Of a stretch of DNA of 64,000 nt, positions 9,920-19,907 are shown piece after piece. The DNA is from Deltaproteobacteria bacterium. GTDB lineage: Bacteria > JAGRBM01 > JAHCIT01. The notes beneath the pieces were generated by a model. The model was given only the letters and a program-made list of their open reading frames with translations, was not told where the DNA came from and did no database searches. How positions within the stretch are numbered: the first letter of the stretch is position 1; each line of letters opens with the position of its first letter. The translations under genes were made by a program, and so were the position numbers. Location: NCBI GenBank assembly GCA_026129095.1, contig JAHCIT010000001.1, forward strand, positions 372,245-436,244, given 5' to 3'.

Positions 9920-12070
9920 ATGTTGAGGCGATTTTTACTGAAAGGCCGCGTCACTGGCCTGGTAGCAGGGATACTGCTGGCAATGGTGCCAGATCGCGCC
10001 ATGGCCAGTTCAGCACCGGTATTCGATCAGGTTAACCGCTATCTGCATGCACAGGTGCTTTCTGGCGCAGCCACGGCCGATCTTCATCAGGTTCCGCTGG
10101 CATCGATTCGGGTAATGGCGCTCGGAGCCGGCGGTATGCAGCCGATACCGTTCCAGATCGACGAGCGGCTTCCCGACGGAACCTTTGTCGCCGACCGCGG
10201 CAAGGTCACCCGGGATGATACTCCAAACCTCCTGGATGCCGATGACGAAATCGTGTTCCTGGTGCGGGATGCCGGTTTTCGTGCGCCGAAGAATGCCTGG
10301 CCCAAGGGTGCCCTGAAGTCGGTAGAAATCCAGCTTAGCGATCCATTGGGCGGGACCACTGGATACGTGTACCTGTTCGCTTTTGGCGGGACACCCCCGC
10401 GGATGAGTGAACGCCGTCACATCTCGTACGACTCTGCTCTGGACCGGACGAGCAGCGATACCGTCTCTATCGGTTTCGATCGCAAGATGCCGATCATGCT
10501 CGACCACGGCGTATTCAAGCGTATGAATGACAGCGGCCGGGACAAGGATGTGATCGACCGGCTCAAGATCCGTATCAAGGCCGTGACTTCGGCTGGTGTC
10601 ACAATCTCCCGCAACGAGGAAGAGTTCACCCAGGAACTGACAGGAGTCCGGGTCGGACCCGTTCGCGTGATTCGCTCACTGCAATTGTCCGTGTCCATAC
10701 CGCCGATGCCGACCGTGCCAATCAGCGTCACATTCCTCATTTACCCTGATTACGTGGATGTGCCTGTCAATTTCGAGATTCCCGGACTCGTCAGCATGTT
10801 CATGAAAGACATGGTGGTGAACGTTGGCGTCGATTTTGATGGCATGCAGAACACAACTTTTGCCACCCTCGAACGGCCACGGGGCACCATCGTTGACGGA
10901 CAGCAGCCTGAAATCGAGCGCTACATCCCCATGGGCTCCGAAGAGTGGTTCATGATGCAGGGACGCGGCCTCAATACGTTTGTCGTGTTTGAGCTGGACA
11001 AGGAACTGAAAAAGCGGAGACTGAAGAAAGAGATCCATTTCATGGACTCGACTGATGGCTCCAATCCGCCCGAATCGATTCCCGGCCAGCTTCCCGAGAT
11101 CGGCTTCGCCCTGTCTCAATGGGGCGGCCTTGAGGCCCGTAAATACTATTTCGAGGCAAAGCTTCACTTCCTGTGGGAAGCTCCCCAGCAGGGGGGTAGC
11201 GGCTATTACAAGTATCTCATGACGCCGCTCAAAACTGCAGCATTACCAGGCGAAGATGCGACTGTGCTGATCGCCAGCGAAGCTGGAGATTCCGCAGGAG
11301 AAAAGCTGGCGGCACAGCTCCGGGAAAAACTGGGTACGCTGGCCAGCACCGGAACGGTCAAATCAATGTCCCGGCCTGCCATTGGACAGAAGCAAAGCCC
11401 CAATGTGGTTATTCTGACCGGGATGCCGCCGCTGCCAGCCGTACGCGCTGAAATCTCCCGTAACGGCAGCTACGCCGTCCTGGCCGGCGAGGAAACGAGG
11501 CACCTTGAAGACGGAATCACCTCTGTCGGGCTTGTCGTGGGGCCTCGCGCCCTGCTCGGCCTGATTCGCCAGTTTTTTACCGGAAAAGTAAAAGCAGGGC
11601 TGGTCATTTCCGGACTTTCCCGTACCGAACTGAAAGATTACACCGATGGCGCCCAGCGGCTTTCAATTGAACTGGTACAGCTCAAGCCCGGCCCGGACGG
11701 GCGTATTGATGCCGGTCAAACGGCTGACCTTAACGTGATCCTGGTTCCGGGCGGCGAGTCATGGACCAGTGGAGGTGGCAAGGCGTTCGCCGAACTGCTC
11801 AAGTCGGCCCACGCTGGCGGAGTTCCCGTACCGGTGTTCACCAACAGCCGGGAGCTCGTTGGACTTGGTGCCACGGTCGGTGCCGAGCCTAACATAGGTG
11901 CCGGTGCCGATTACTTGACCGCCATGGTGCAGCGCTATCTGCGGGGTGAAACCATGCAACCCGAAAGCGGGGCAAGCCAGTTCCTGAAGATCTATCTGAA
12001 CCGGGAAGGCGTCCGCAGTTCACGGCTTCTGGTACCACCAGCACTTATCCGGCTTGCGGAAGCAATGTAA
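9920..12070 (+). CDS. Exported hypothetical protein: unknown N-terminal domain plus C-terminal ABC substrate-binding-like domain
   Basis: 716-aa ORF with signal peptide ending AMA; N-terminal region is paralogous to 26202..27689; C-terminus has VPVFTNSRELVGLGA...IYLN, resembling ABC_sub_bind proteins. Confidence 0.7.
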   Translation: MLRRFLLKGRVTGLVAGILLAMVPDRAMASSAPVFDQVNRYLHAQVLSGAATADLHQVPLASIRVMALGAGGMQPIPFQIDERLPDGTFVADRGKVTRDDTPNLLDADDEIVFLVRDAGFRAPKNAWPKGALKSVEIQLSDPLGGTTGYVYLFAFGGTPPRMSERRHISYDSALDRTSSDTVSIGFDRKMPIMLDHGVFKRMNDSGRDKDVIDRLKIRIKAVTSAGVTISRNEEEFTQELTGVRVGPVRVIRSLQLSVSIPPMPTVPISVTFLIYPDYVDVPVNFEIPGLVSMFMKDMVVNVGVDFDGMQNTTFATLERPRGTIVDGQQPEIERYIPMGSEEWFMMQGRGLNTFVVFELDKELKKRRLKKEIHFMDSTDGSNPPESIPGQLPEIGFALSQWGGLEARKYYFEAKLHFLWEAPQQGGSGYYKYLMTPLKTAALPGEDATVLIASEAGDSAGEKLAAQLREKLGTLASTGTVKSMSRPAIGQKQSPNVVILTGMPPLPAVRAEISRNGSYAVLAGEETRHLEDGITSVGLVVGPRALLGLIRQFFTGKVKAGLVISGLSRTELKDYTDGAQRLSIELVQLKPGPDGRIDAGQTADLNVILVPGGESWTSGGGKAFAELLKSAHAGGVPVPVFTNSRELVGLGATVGAEPNIGAGADYLTAMVQRYLRGETMQPESGASQFLKIYLNREGVRSSRLLVPPALIRLAEAM

Positions 12071-12098
12071 TCATCGCCGGTTTACCGGCAAGTCTCTT

Positions 12099-12536
12099 TC
12101 AATGACGGACGACGGTGGTACTGCGTGCCCTGAAAACGACCTTGCCGCTCCGGTCCGTGCCTTCCTGGTCGACGACGAGAAAGTCCATCCCGCCTGACTT
12201 TCCATCCTTGGTGTATATATCGGCAATCTTCTGCGTAATAGTGATGGTCTCACCAGCCAGCAGTGGCCGTTCATATTCAAACCGCTGGCCGCCATGTAGA
12301 ACCTTGGTCATGTCAATGCTGAGTGCATCGCGCATATTGAACTTCGGCCGGAAGATCGTCGCAAAGGTCGGCGGAGCCGGAATGGCGGCATAACCTGCCG
12401 CCTTCGCCGCACCTTCATCGAAATATATCTCGCTGGTATCGCCTATGGCCTCCGCAAAACGGCGGATATGCCCCTTTTCAATATCAAAAGTCTCAGGCGG
12501 TGAGGTTAAACCGATTTTCGATTTGTCGAGCGGCAT
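12099..12536 (-). CDS. MaoC-like dehydratase, N-terminal/HadA-type hot-dog subunit
   Basis: IEKGHIRRFAEAIGD, PAPPTF, VLHGGQRFEYERP. Confidence 0.85.
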   Translation of the reverse strand: MPLDKSKIGLTSPPETFDIEKGHIRRFAEAIGDTSEIYFDEGAAKAAGYAAIPAPPTFATIFRPKFNMRDALSIDMTKVLHGGQRFEYERPLLAGETITITQKIADIYTKDGKSGGMDFLVVDQEGTDRSGKVVFRARSTTVVRH

Positions 12537-12637
12537 CGCTGATTTCCCTTCCGTGCCCGTGTATTCGGGAGCCAGACTGATAGTAAACTTGCCACAAGGT
12601 AGCAACCACCTTGCCGAATACGAAGGGTCTTGCCGGA

Positions 12638-14023
12638 ATGGCATCAAGGCGACACATCTGGCTGTGGATCACTGGCGTGGCTGCAGCCACGGCCGCAGTG
12701 TTCGCCGGCTTCCAGGCGGTTCATGCCACGACGGCCACTTTCGCCGTTATCGTCATTTCGGCAATCGCCGTCGGGGCCGCCAGCCTGTCGAGCCGCTGGG
12801 CATCAGACAGTTTCGATGACCGCCGGTTTCTGTTCCGGATATTTCTTGTTGGCTACTTTTTCCGGCTTGCGATCGCCCTGTTCCAGTATTTCTACCTGAC
12901 ACCGGACTTCTTCGCCCCTGACCAGAACGCCTACCACCTGTTTGCCAGCATGGGGGCTGAGCGGATGGAGGCGGGGCTTGCCCCATTCCCCGAAACCGCA
13001 CTTCGTCACAGGCTTTATGTCATTTATTGTGCGTATCTGTACTACCTGTTCGGAAGCGATATCCTGCTGCCGTCGCTTCTGAATTCGATATACGGCTGCC
13101 TGGCTGCCATGGCCGCATACCGGCTGACTGCAATGCTCGATACTCCCGAGGCTGGGCGTTACACGGCTCTGCTCGTCCTTTTCACGCCTTCCCATATGCT
13201 CTGGTCTGCCCTGAACCTGCGCGATGTTCCGGCAATTCTCAGCCTTATGTTTGCCGTCTACTTCATGACCCAACTGAAGCTGAAGTTCTCTTTCGCTGCC
13301 GTTCTCGGATTCGTGCTCGCCATGCTCGTCCTGCTGGGACTCCGCGACTATATTTTCTTCCTGACACTGGGTTCGCTTCTGATCGGATATCTGGGGGTAC
13401 GTTCGGGCCGCATGCTCGAATTCATGGCTGGCGGCATTCTGGTGATGAGTGCCTCCATCTTCCTTTATAACGCGGTTCCGGACGGCAATCCTTTCGCCAG
13501 ACCAGCCACTCTTGCCGATATACAGACATACCGTCAGGGATTTCTTTCAGATGCGTCTTCCGCCTTCCTGCCCGATGCAGATGTTTCCACTCCGGCAGGG
13601 GCCCTACTGTATTTCCCGATAGGCCTTGCCTACTTCCTGCTGGCACCGTTCCCGTGGCAGTGGGGCTCACCCCGCCAAATCATCGCCGTACCGGAAACAC
13701 TGCTCTGGTATTCGCTCATTCCCGCCACCATTGCCGGCTTTGTCCATATTGCCCGGACACGCCTAGGCACGACCCTGCCGCTGCTGATCCTGATTGCGTC
13801 GGTTACGGTCAGCTATGCCATGGTGCAGGGAAATATCGGAACGTCATTCCGCCACCGTGCACAGGTGATCGTTTTTCTCTATGTGTTTTCCGCGATCGGA
13901 CTCCGGCTCAGGCGCACGCCGCAGCCGAACCCGCCTGTGCCGGGCGGCCATCCAGCCACATCCGCTCAAGCGATGGCCCGTGTGCAGGGCGTGTCACCGA
14001 CAGCACCGCCCGCTCAAGCGTAA
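12638..14023 (+). CDS. Multi-pass membrane protein, GT-C/Wzy-like glycan-assembly protein
   Basis: About 11-12 TM helices; D-x3-Y in the first external loop (DQNAY), WSALNLRD, FLLAPFPW, GNIGTSFRHR. Confidence 0.6.
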   Translation: MASRRHIWLWITGVAAATAAVFAGFQAVHATTATFAVIVISAIAVGAASLSSRWASDSFDDRRFLFRIFLVGYFFRLAIALFQYFYLTPDFFAPDQNAYHLFASMGAERMEAGLAPFPETALRHRLYVIYCAYLYYLFGSDILLPSLLNSIYGCLAAMAAYRLTAMLDTPEAGRYTALLVLFTPSHMLWSALNLRDVPAILSLMFAVYFMTQLKLKFSFAAVLGFVLAMLVLLGLRDYIFFLTLGSLLIGYLGVRSGRMLEFMAGGILVMSASIFLYNAVPDGNPFARPATLADIQTYRQGFLSDASSAFLPDADVSTPAGALLYFPIGLAYFLLAPFPWQWGSPRQIIAVPETLLWYSLIPATIAGFVHIARTRLGTTLPLLILIASVTVSYAMVQGNIGTSFRHRAQVIVFLYVFSAIGLRLRRTPQPNPPVPGGHPATSAQAMARVQGVSPTAPPAQA

Positions 14024-16556
14024 GGTATTTCCGGGCGGCCTTCAGGACGTCCTCACGCGTAACCGCACGAATACGCTCGGGAAATTCCAGATGATGCTTG
14101 ACGCCGAGGCCGTACAGTCCGTTCAGCGCCATCGTGCTTGCCTGGGAACCGCTCCGCTGGAGGTCAATCTCGAAGGTGCCGGTCAGATATCGTTGCGCGC
14201 GGCTGATCTCGTCGCGTGCCACCAGTTGCTGTCGCACACGGTCCAGCTCCGCCTCCATTGACTGAAGGGCCTGAACGAGCTTGTCCGGCGACGTGCCGAT
14301 ATAGGCCGCGAACAAGCCCGTTCCGATCCCCTCGGTGCTTGACGTTGCCACCGTATAGGCAAGGCTCTGACGGTCCCGAAGCTCACGGAACAGCCGACCA
14401 CCCTGTCCGCTCAGGATCGTATTGAGTATTTCCAGTGCATAACGGTCTGGACTATGAAGCGAGGCTCCCAGAAAGCCGATGGCCAGATGGGCCTGCGACC
14501 TGTCCGCTATCTCCTCGACATACTGGCGGCCGGACAATACGGGGGCCACATGACCGGATACTGTGGCACTGGCCGGGGGCTGGTAACGTCCCGCCTCCGC
14601 GCTGAACCTGTGTACGATCTCCTCCGTATCCACGTCCCCCACCACGGAAATCCAGAGGCCCGATGGGTCCATGTGACGGCGGTACAGGTCCGAGAGCGCG
14701 CCGGAGCTGAACCCCCTGACCGTGTCAGCCCGTCCATGAAGGCGAAAGCCGTACGGATGGGCTCCGTACAGGGTCTTTCGCAGGTTCGCGAAAGTGAGCG
14801 ACGAAAGCTGGTCCCGCTCGCGCTCGATGGCTGCCAGCGTTTCCGACCGCACCGCCGGGATTTCCGCTTCCGGGAAAACCGGGTCCAGAAGCAGCTCTGT
14901 GAAAAGGCTGATGGCCCGGTCATGGAAACGCGACAGGGCGGCCACCTCTATACCGAGGCTGTTCCGGCCAGAATACCCGCCCGCCGATCCGGCTATCGCA
15001 TCCGCCTCGCGGGCGATCTCCTCGGCCGTGTGACGGCCAGTACCCTTGGACAGCATTTCGGCCATGAACGAGCCTATCCCCTCGGTTTCCGGGGTTTCAG
15101 CAAGCGATCCCCCGCGAACGGCACACTTGATCGCGAGCGTCGGAGTGCTGTGCCGCTCGCGCACGACGAGCTTCGCTCCGTTGGGCAGTTCGTGGATGGA
15201 AATATCGTCGCCAGGAAGAAGTTTCGGCCGTGTAGCCACCTTAATGGTTCGTCCCGGATGGCCATGCCGGTGATAGGCGCCATGAACGGTTTCGGCGAGA
15301 GATTCCCGCTCCGCCTTCGCGGCGGCGGGTTCTCCTGGGCCGAACAGGCCGAACGTCAGGTTCCGCTCATGCAGGTATTTACGGGCTGCGTCACTGACCT
15401 GGTCCGGTGTGGTGTTGGCGAGACGGTCCAGATAGCGTTTTTCGAAATCCAGATCCTGTGCGGTCATGTGATAAAAACCCCATTTGCGGGCGAGCCCCTG
15501 AACAGTCTCCTTGAGATAAACCAGATCGCTCTCGATATTCAGCCGTGCGCGCTCGAATTCGGAACGGGCAGGCGGATCCTTCTGGATGCGGACCACCTCG
15601 CCTATCAGCTCACCGACAGCTTCGGCTTCCCTGCCAGCGAACAGGTTACCGCCGGCCATGAAGACACCAGGGTCACGTGGCGTGTAGGCGCCGGCGTACA
15701 CCTCCGAGACAATGTTTTTCCGGTATTTCAGCTCACGGACGAACCGTGAACTTTCCCCCCCACCCAGAATCGTAGAGAGCAGGTCCAGCGCCACGCTGTC
15801 CTCGTGGACGACTCCCGGAATGTGCCACGCCATCGACAGATAGGTGTCATTCATGTCCCCACGCTCGACAAAACCGCGCATGGCCTTCTGGGCACGCTCG
15901 ACCGGACGGCGCGGGCGGCGGACCGCATGGCTCCTGACACCCCGGAATGCCTTCTGGACGAGCGCGAACGCACGCCGGGGATCCACATCCCCCGCGATCA
16001 CGACCGCCATATTGGAAGGGGTATAGTACTTACGGTAAAAATCGAGGACGTTTTTCCGCCGGAAACTCCGGACACTGGCAGCCGTTCCGATCACTGGCAG
16101 CCGGTATGGGTGGTGCTGAAAGGCAGTGGAGAATATCCGCTGGGAAAGCCTCCGGCCGGGCTGGTCATCCCCGCGGCGGATTTCCTCCAGAATGACTTCC
16201 TGTTCCCGGGCCAGTTCTTCAGGATCAAATGCCGGGTGTAGAACAGCGTCGGTCAGTACATCCAGTGCCCGGTCAAAGAACCGGCTGGCCGAAACAATGT
16301 AGTAGACTGTCTCGTCGAAACTGGTATAGGCGTTGATTTCTCCTCCCAGTGCCTCGATCTCCGCAGCGATCTCGCCGGTCCCCCGCCTTTTGGTGCCCTT
16401 GAACAGCATGTGCTCATGAACGTGCGCGAGCCCTGCCTCGGCATGGGTTTCATCCGCCGACCCTACCCCCACCCAGACCTGGACGGCCACGCATGGCGAG
16501 GTGTGGTTCTCGTCGACAAAGACATTCAGCCCGTTGGATAGGCGGCGGTGTTCCAT
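13908..16556 (-). CDS. M16 family (pitrilysin-like) zinc protease, two-half fusion
   Basis: RLSNGL start, inverted zinc motif HVHEH, NAYTSFDET, degenerate second half, RLFRELRDRQSLAY R/Y pair. Confidence 0.92.
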   Translation of the reverse strand: MEHRRLSNGLNVFVDENHTSPCVAVQVWVGVGSADETHAEAGLAHVHEHMLFKGTKRRGTGEIAAEIEALGGEINAYTSFDETVYYIVSASRFFDRALDVLTDAVLHPAFDPEELAREQEVILEEIRRGDDQPGRRLSQRIFSTAFQHHPYRLPVIGTAASVRSFRRKNVLDFYRKYYTPSNMAVVIAGDVDPRRAFALVQKAFRGVRSHAVRRPRRPVERAQKAMRGFVERGDMNDTYLSMAWHIPGVVHEDSVALDLLSTILGGGESSRFVRELKYRKNIVSEVYAGAYTPRDPGVFMAGGNLFAGREAEAVGELIGEVVRIQKDPPARSEFERARLNIESDLVYLKETVQGLARKWGFYHMTAQDLDFEKRYLDRLANTTPDQVSDAARKYLHERNLTFGLFGPGEPAAAKAERESLAETVHGAYHRHGHPGRTIKVATRPKLLPGDDISIHELPNGAKLVVRERHSTPTLAIKCAVRGGSLAETPETEGIGSFMAEMLSKGTGRHTAEEIAREADAIAGSAGGYSGRNSLGIEVAALSRFHDRAISLFTELLLDPVFPEAEIPAVRSETLAAIERERDQLSSLTFANLRKTLYGAHPYGFRLHGRADTVRGFSSGALSDLYRRHMDPSGLWISVVGDVDTEEIVHRFSAEAGRYQPPASATVSGHVAPVLSGRQYVEEIADRSQAHLAIGFLGASLHSPDRYALEILNTILSGQGGRLFRELRDRQSLAYTVATSSTEGIGTGLFAAYIGTSPDKLVQALQSMEAELDRVRQQLVARDEISRAQRYLTGTFEIDLQRSGSQASTMALNGLYGLGVKHHLEFPERIRAVTREDVLKAARKYLTLERAVLSVTRPAHGPSLERMWLDGRPAQAGSAAACA

Positions 16557-16719
16557 TTTCTCTCCTGAATCCGGCAGCGGGAGCAGTCCGGCCGCCAGAT
16601 TTCCAGTCTGGCATATTTTCATCCGCTGGCGAGCTGGGGCAACCCCATGACACCGGAAGCCCATGGACCACCCCCGATGAAGCCGCTAACGTCTTCCCTG
16701 CAGGGAGAGTTTGTACCCA

Positions 16720-17367
16720 ATGAAAGCCTCCGAAGAACAGGAAATACCCGTTTTCATTGTCACGGAGACGGTGCTGTTTCCCGGCACGACTGCCCAGGTA
16801 AACTGTTACGAGGATGACCCCGAACGGCGGCTGATCGAGGAAAACTACGTCCACGGACGGGAAATCGGGGTTTTTCTGGCCGACTCATCTACCTGGGGGA
16901 CTGACGACCCCCGGCCGTTGCCAGTAGGATGCAAGGCACGCATTCTGGACTGGGAAGACATCTCTCCCATGGACAGGCTTGCGAGAGTCCAGGGCATCTC
17001 CCGGCTCCAGATCGTCGACTGGGTGTCAAGCAATCCCTACCCCAAGGCCATCGTTCAGGAAGCAGAGCCCTCCCGGGGGATTCTGGGCAAGCCGGTGGAT
17101 CCGAAACAGACGCAGCGAATCCGGGCCGGACTTCAGGAACTGTGCTTTCTCCAGGGCGGCGAGGAGTATACCCGGCTCATTCCCCTGCTCGATGTGCAGA
17201 AAGAACCTGGACAGCTGGCTGACTTCGCCGCGTTCCATCTGGTCCGCGACATCTTTCTGAAGCAGGAGTTACTCGAAACGCTGGCACCAGCCGACCGGCT
17301 CGACACCATCAGCCACTGGCTGAACGGGGAAATGGGCCGCCATTCCCCTCGCCCATCCGGTCCGTAA
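16720..17367 (+). CDS. Stand-alone Lon protease N-terminal substrate-binding domain protein
   Basis: IPVF...VLFPG, VGCKARI, VQGISR, NPYPKA, KQELLE motifs; no AAA+ or protease domain. Confidence 0.8.
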   Translation: MKASEEQEIPVFIVTETVLFPGTTAQVNCYEDDPERRLIEENYVHGREIGVFLADSSTWGTDDPRPLPVGCKARILDWEDISPMDRLARVQGISRLQIVDWVSSNPYPKAIVQEAEPSRGILGKPVDPKQTQRIRAGLQELCFLQGGEEYTRLIPLLDVQKEPGQLADFAAFHLVRDIFLKQELLETLAPADRLDTISHWLNGEMGRHSPRPSGP

Positions 17368-17370
17368 CCG

Positions 17371-17850
17371 CTATTTTTTCTTCTTTTTTTCGATTCGCAC
17401 CGTCAGCACAGCGCAAGGTGCGTGCCGGACGACATTTTCGGCCACCGAACCGATCAGGGCATGGGCAATTCCGGTCCGGCCATGGGTGCCGATCACGATC
17501 AGGTCGGCCTTGACCGATTCGGCGAACTCGCAGATCGCCGGCGCCGGGCTCCCGTTGATCGTAAGCAACCGTGGATGGGGACCCGTGTAGTCCTTCGGAC
17601 AGGCGGCCTTCCACTGGCTGGCAAGCTTCTGGTCAGCGGCCGCGTGGATTTCCTTCAGTGCCTGCTTGGAAACCTCTAGTCCCAGGCCGTACTCGCGGCC
17701 AAGCAGAAGCTCAGACGATGACACCACATGGATGATGTGCAGCTTGTCCGCACTGGTGGCCAGATCGGCCGCCCGCTGCAACCCCTGAATGGAGTTGTCT
17801 GACAGGTCGCTCGTAACGACGATATTCCTGAACCTTGTGTCTATGGGCAT
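17371..17850 (-). CDS. Universal stress protein
   Basis: NIVVTSDLS, ADLIVIGTHGRTG...GSVAENVVRHAPCAVL. Confidence 0.9.
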   Translation of the reverse strand: MPIDTRFRNIVVTSDLSDNSIQGLQRAADLATSADKLHIIHVVSSSELLLGREYGLGLEVSKQALKEIHAAADQKLASQWKAACPKDYTGPHPRLLTINGSPAPAICEFAESVKADLIVIGTHGRTGIAHALIGSVAENVVRHAPCAVLTVRIEKKKKK

Positions 17851-17914
17851 AGATAAAACCCCCTCCGAACCGGGAACTATTAGCCATTGGCTATCAGGAC
17901 AGGCAAACCGGCTG

Positions 17915-18700
17915 CTATTTGCGGAACTGGTTGAAATCGGGCTTCCGCTTTTCCAGGAATGCCTTCATCCCTTCGCCGAGTTCCTCACCCCCGTAACAGA
18001 CGGCAAGCAGCTCACCACCGTGCTCGAAGGATGAATCCATTTCGGCGATGCCGTGATTGAAACTCATCTTGGCGATACGGAGCGACTGCGGCGACTTCGC
18101 CAATATGTCCATGCAGATCGAGCGAGTCTCCTCCCGCAGCTTTTCGTGTGGAACAACCTTGTTGCACAGGCCCCATTCGAGCGCCTTCCGGGCATCAATG
18201 CGCGGGCACAGGTAGACCATCTCCCGGGCCCGCTTCTCCCCGATGATCCGGGGGAGTAACTGGGTTCCGCCCCAGACCGGCACCGAACCCACCGTGGGGC
18301 CGGTCTGCCCGAACACTGCCTTTTCGGACGCGATCGTGAGATCGCAGAACAGGTGCAGCTCGTTCCCGCCCCCCATCGCATAACCGTTCACCATTGCTAT
18401 GACCGGTTGGGGACAGTCGCGCATTGCCTGAGAGAGCCGCCGGCAGGCTCTGAGAAATGTCCGCCCGTTGGCCGGTGTGAGAGACGACATGGAGCCGATA
18501 TCTCCGCCAGTACAGAATGCCTTGTCTCCGGCGCCGGTCAGAATGATGACTCCACAGACCCCGTCGGCTCCTGCCTGATCAAACGCATGGGCCAGTTCCT
18601 CCAGCGTCTGCGTCCGGAATGCGTTCAAAACCCTAGGCCGGTCGATCGTGATCCAGACAATATGTCCGTCCCGATCCACCCTGATATCTTCGTATTGCAT
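17915..18700 (-). CDS. Crotonase-family enzyme, MenB/BadI-like
   Basis: NAFRTQT, AFCTGGD, YAMGGG, FGQTGPTVGS, GEKRAREM, C-terminal AFLEKRKPDF. Confidence 0.8.
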   Translation of the reverse strand: MQYEDIRVDRDGHIVWITIDRPRVLNAFRTQTLEELAHAFDQAGADGVCGVIILTGAGDKAFCTGGDIGSMSSLTPANGRTFLRACRRLSQAMRDCPQPVIAMVNGYAMGGGNELHLFCDLTIASEKAVFGQTGPTVGSVPVWGGTQLLPRIIGEKRAREMVYLCPRIDARKALEWGLCNKVVPHEKLREETRSICMDILAKSPQSLRIAKMSFNHGIAEMDSSFEHGGELLAVCYGGEELGEGMKAFLEKRKPDFNQFRK

Positions 18701-18877
18701 GGCGGCAATCTTCGCCCGGGAGTTCCCAAAACACAACTATCGCACGACGTTGAGGATTGATTGGTGGACTCCATTCCCTTTTTGGCCTTTTGGCGCAATG
18801 CGGCTATGCTGAGGGCCGGATCGCGGTCCACAGTGCATACCGCCTGGAATGGCGGATGCAACCGGAGACACGGTGCC

Positions 18878-19861
18878 ATGACGCAACAACTGGGAAGCCC
18901 GCTCGGTCCCCCCGAGGCAAACCCTTGGGGCGATGTGACGGGCTGGAAGCCTCTAGATACCCTCATAGATGAATCGCTGCTGTCGTACACCGAGACCGGT
19001 GTTGCAAACGGTGCGAGACACTTTGCCGGGGAGATGAAATTCGGTCATCCAGCCCTGATGGGCCCGCCAGGCCGCCTCCAGGGCGGCCTGCACTGCGTGG
19101 CACGAATCTTTCCCCTGCTCCGGCGGGTGCAGGAGCACGATCCTGCCGCCACCTGGCCGTGCCGGATCTACGTCCGGCTGGAACGCGCCCTTCCCCTTTA
19201 TGAAACCATACCGTGGGAAGCCGCCTACCGGCGCCATGTGAGTGGCCAGTGGTGGATCACCAGCCGGTTCGCCGGTACCGACAAGCTGGATGCCGCGTGC
19301 TGGTCCGTCCCGAAGACCGAGCATCTGGACTCCCGCCGCTGGGACCGCTGGCGCGAACGGTTCACGGCTGCATCGTCGCGTCCTGATCTCCGCAAGGTGA
19401 AAGTCATGGCCACCGAGTATGAGTCACATGGCGACCTGTTCTGGACGCGTGTGGATCCGGCCCAGATACGCGCACCCGGCCAGATGCTCCGGCTTTTCGA
19501 GGCTGGCGAAGGGCATCTTTCCCTTGCCTTTGTCTGTTTCTACCTCGACGTGATCGGGGCACTCTCGAAGGCCCTCGACGGTTTCCGGCCACAATTCACG
19601 ACACTGGTATCGCTGGAACTGGGCACCGACCGTATACCGTCGAATGAGCCGCTCCTGCTCATCGCCGACAACAGTACCCGCCGTCCAGCCGAGCATTCCC
19701 GCGCCCGGCCGGTCGAGATCAACGGCCAGCTTGAGGGAACCGACATCGTGCAAACGCTGCTCGTGCCGGCAGACTTCTCGAAGGTCTATGCACATGGCTG
19801 GGTCGCCACGCATCCAATCGACCTCAAGAAGATGACTGCGCTCCAGACGCGACCGGCGTGA
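18878..19861 (+). CDS. Hypothetical protein, possible double hot-dog thioesterase
   Basis: Long ORF; GPPGRLQGG resembles the GPPGxxHGG motif of hot-dog thioesterases. Confidence 0.5.
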   Translation: MTQQLGSPLGPPEANPWGDVTGWKPLDTLIDESLLSYTETGVANGARHFAGEMKFGHPALMGPPGRLQGGLHCVARIFPLLRRVQEHDPAATWPCRIYVRLERALPLYETIPWEAAYRRHVSGQWWITSRFAGTDKLDAACWSVPKTEHLDSRRWDRWRERFTAASSRPDLRKVKVMATEYESHGDLFWTRVDPAQIRAPGQMLRLFEAGEGHLSLAFVCFYLDVIGALSKALDGFRPQFTTLVSLELGTDRIPSNEPLLLIADNSTRRPAEHSRARPVEINGQLEGTDIVQTLLVPADFSKVYAHGWVATHPIDLKKMTALQTRPA

Positions 19862-19907
19862 CCTCCCCCGCTGGCACGGCGACCCCGTTCCGCTACACTC
19901 CATCCCA

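Noticed and set aside
14454-15749. Long antisense ORFs (431 aa here; also 6381-7427, 8836-9738, 25974-27083)
   Set aside because: They lie opposite well-supported genes, have no motifs, and are expected from GC-rich codon bias.
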